A DNA stretch of 64,000 nt, taken from assembly GCA_021414235.1 (NCBI GenBank), contig JAIOOV010000004.1:342157-406156 (forward strand), in the 5' to 3' direction. This DNA comes from Candidatus Parcubacteria bacterium (GTDB lineage: Bacteria > Patescibacteriota > Minisyncoccia > Phycocordibacterales > JAKFXT01). The notes under the pieces were generated by a model that was not told the origin of the DNA, did not search any database, and saw only the letters and a list, made by a program, of their open reading frames with translations. Positions 63,858-64,000 of the stretch are shown piece after piece. A program made the translations under genes and the position numbers. Each line of letters starts with the position of its first letter. Position 1 is the first letter of the stretch.

Positions 63858-64000
63858 AGGCGTCTTTCTCGGTCGTGGTCTCAGGTTCCTGTACAGGAGC
63901 CATGGTCTCAGGAGAAGCGTCGCCCTCGGTTCCGTCAGTCTTCGGCTCTTCAGGAGTCTCGGTTTCGTCCAGTTTCTTCTTGTTATCGTCGTCCATGATG
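63858..64000 (-). CDS. 3' end of a minus-strand CDS running off the window (acidic low-complexity C-terminus)
   Basis: Open frame to the window edge; ..MDDDNKKKLDETETPEEPKTDGTEGDASPETMAPVQEPETTTEKDA then stop. Confidence 0.3.

Overview
This window is a 64-kb, GC-rich (~58%), densely packed bacterial chromosomal segment, and most of it is housekeeping. I see no rRNA, CRISPR array, transposase or integrase.

Cell-envelope and division genes sit in two separate blocks. On the + strand are mreB-mreC-mreD-PBP2 and mraZ-rsmH-ftsL-ftsI-murF. On the - strand are scpA-scpB-dacA-mraY-ftsW-murG-gltX-M23 peptidase-HD nucleotidase-CMP-kinase-like kinase.

There are six aminoacyl-tRNA synthetases (proS partial, class I lysS, cysS, gltX, a short aspS, trpS). 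The grpE-dnaK-dnaJ operon runs into a ribosomal-protein/rpoA cluster (rpsI, rplM, rplQ, rpoA, rpsD, rpsK, rpsM, rpmJ, infA). Also present are recR-dnaB, greA, rmuC, rplU, rplI and rpmA, plus two tRNAs (Glu-CUC, Pro-GGG).

Class I LysRS, a short AspRS, tight gene packing and many overlapping stop/start codons suggest a reduced-genome lineage (inference only).

The regions I would look at first for something undescribed are:
1. A low-GC ~1.9-kb island (37.85-39.76 kb) with three copies of a ~50-bp hairpin repeat, two long perfect inverted repeats, and genes for a lysozyme-like protein, a Zn-ribbon protein and a transglutaminase-like protein.
2. A Fur-family divergon (13.1-15.9 kb) with paired palindromic operators, a CooC/MinD-like ATPase, a small CC-motif protein and a His-tailed YibE/F membrane protein.
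3. Two unrelated genes (60.1-62.7 kb) occupying the position where secY-adk-map normally precede infA.
4. An rplU gene isolated between strong hairpins, 10 kb from rpmA.
5. A methyltransferase-CgeB-type glycosyltransferase fusion beside dnaB.
6. Two small-protein + DEDDh exonuclease gene pairs with overlapping stop/start codons.
7. A 10-bp-periodic GTGGGA array upstream of mraZ.

Every call comes from reading the translations and the DNA by eye. No database search was run.
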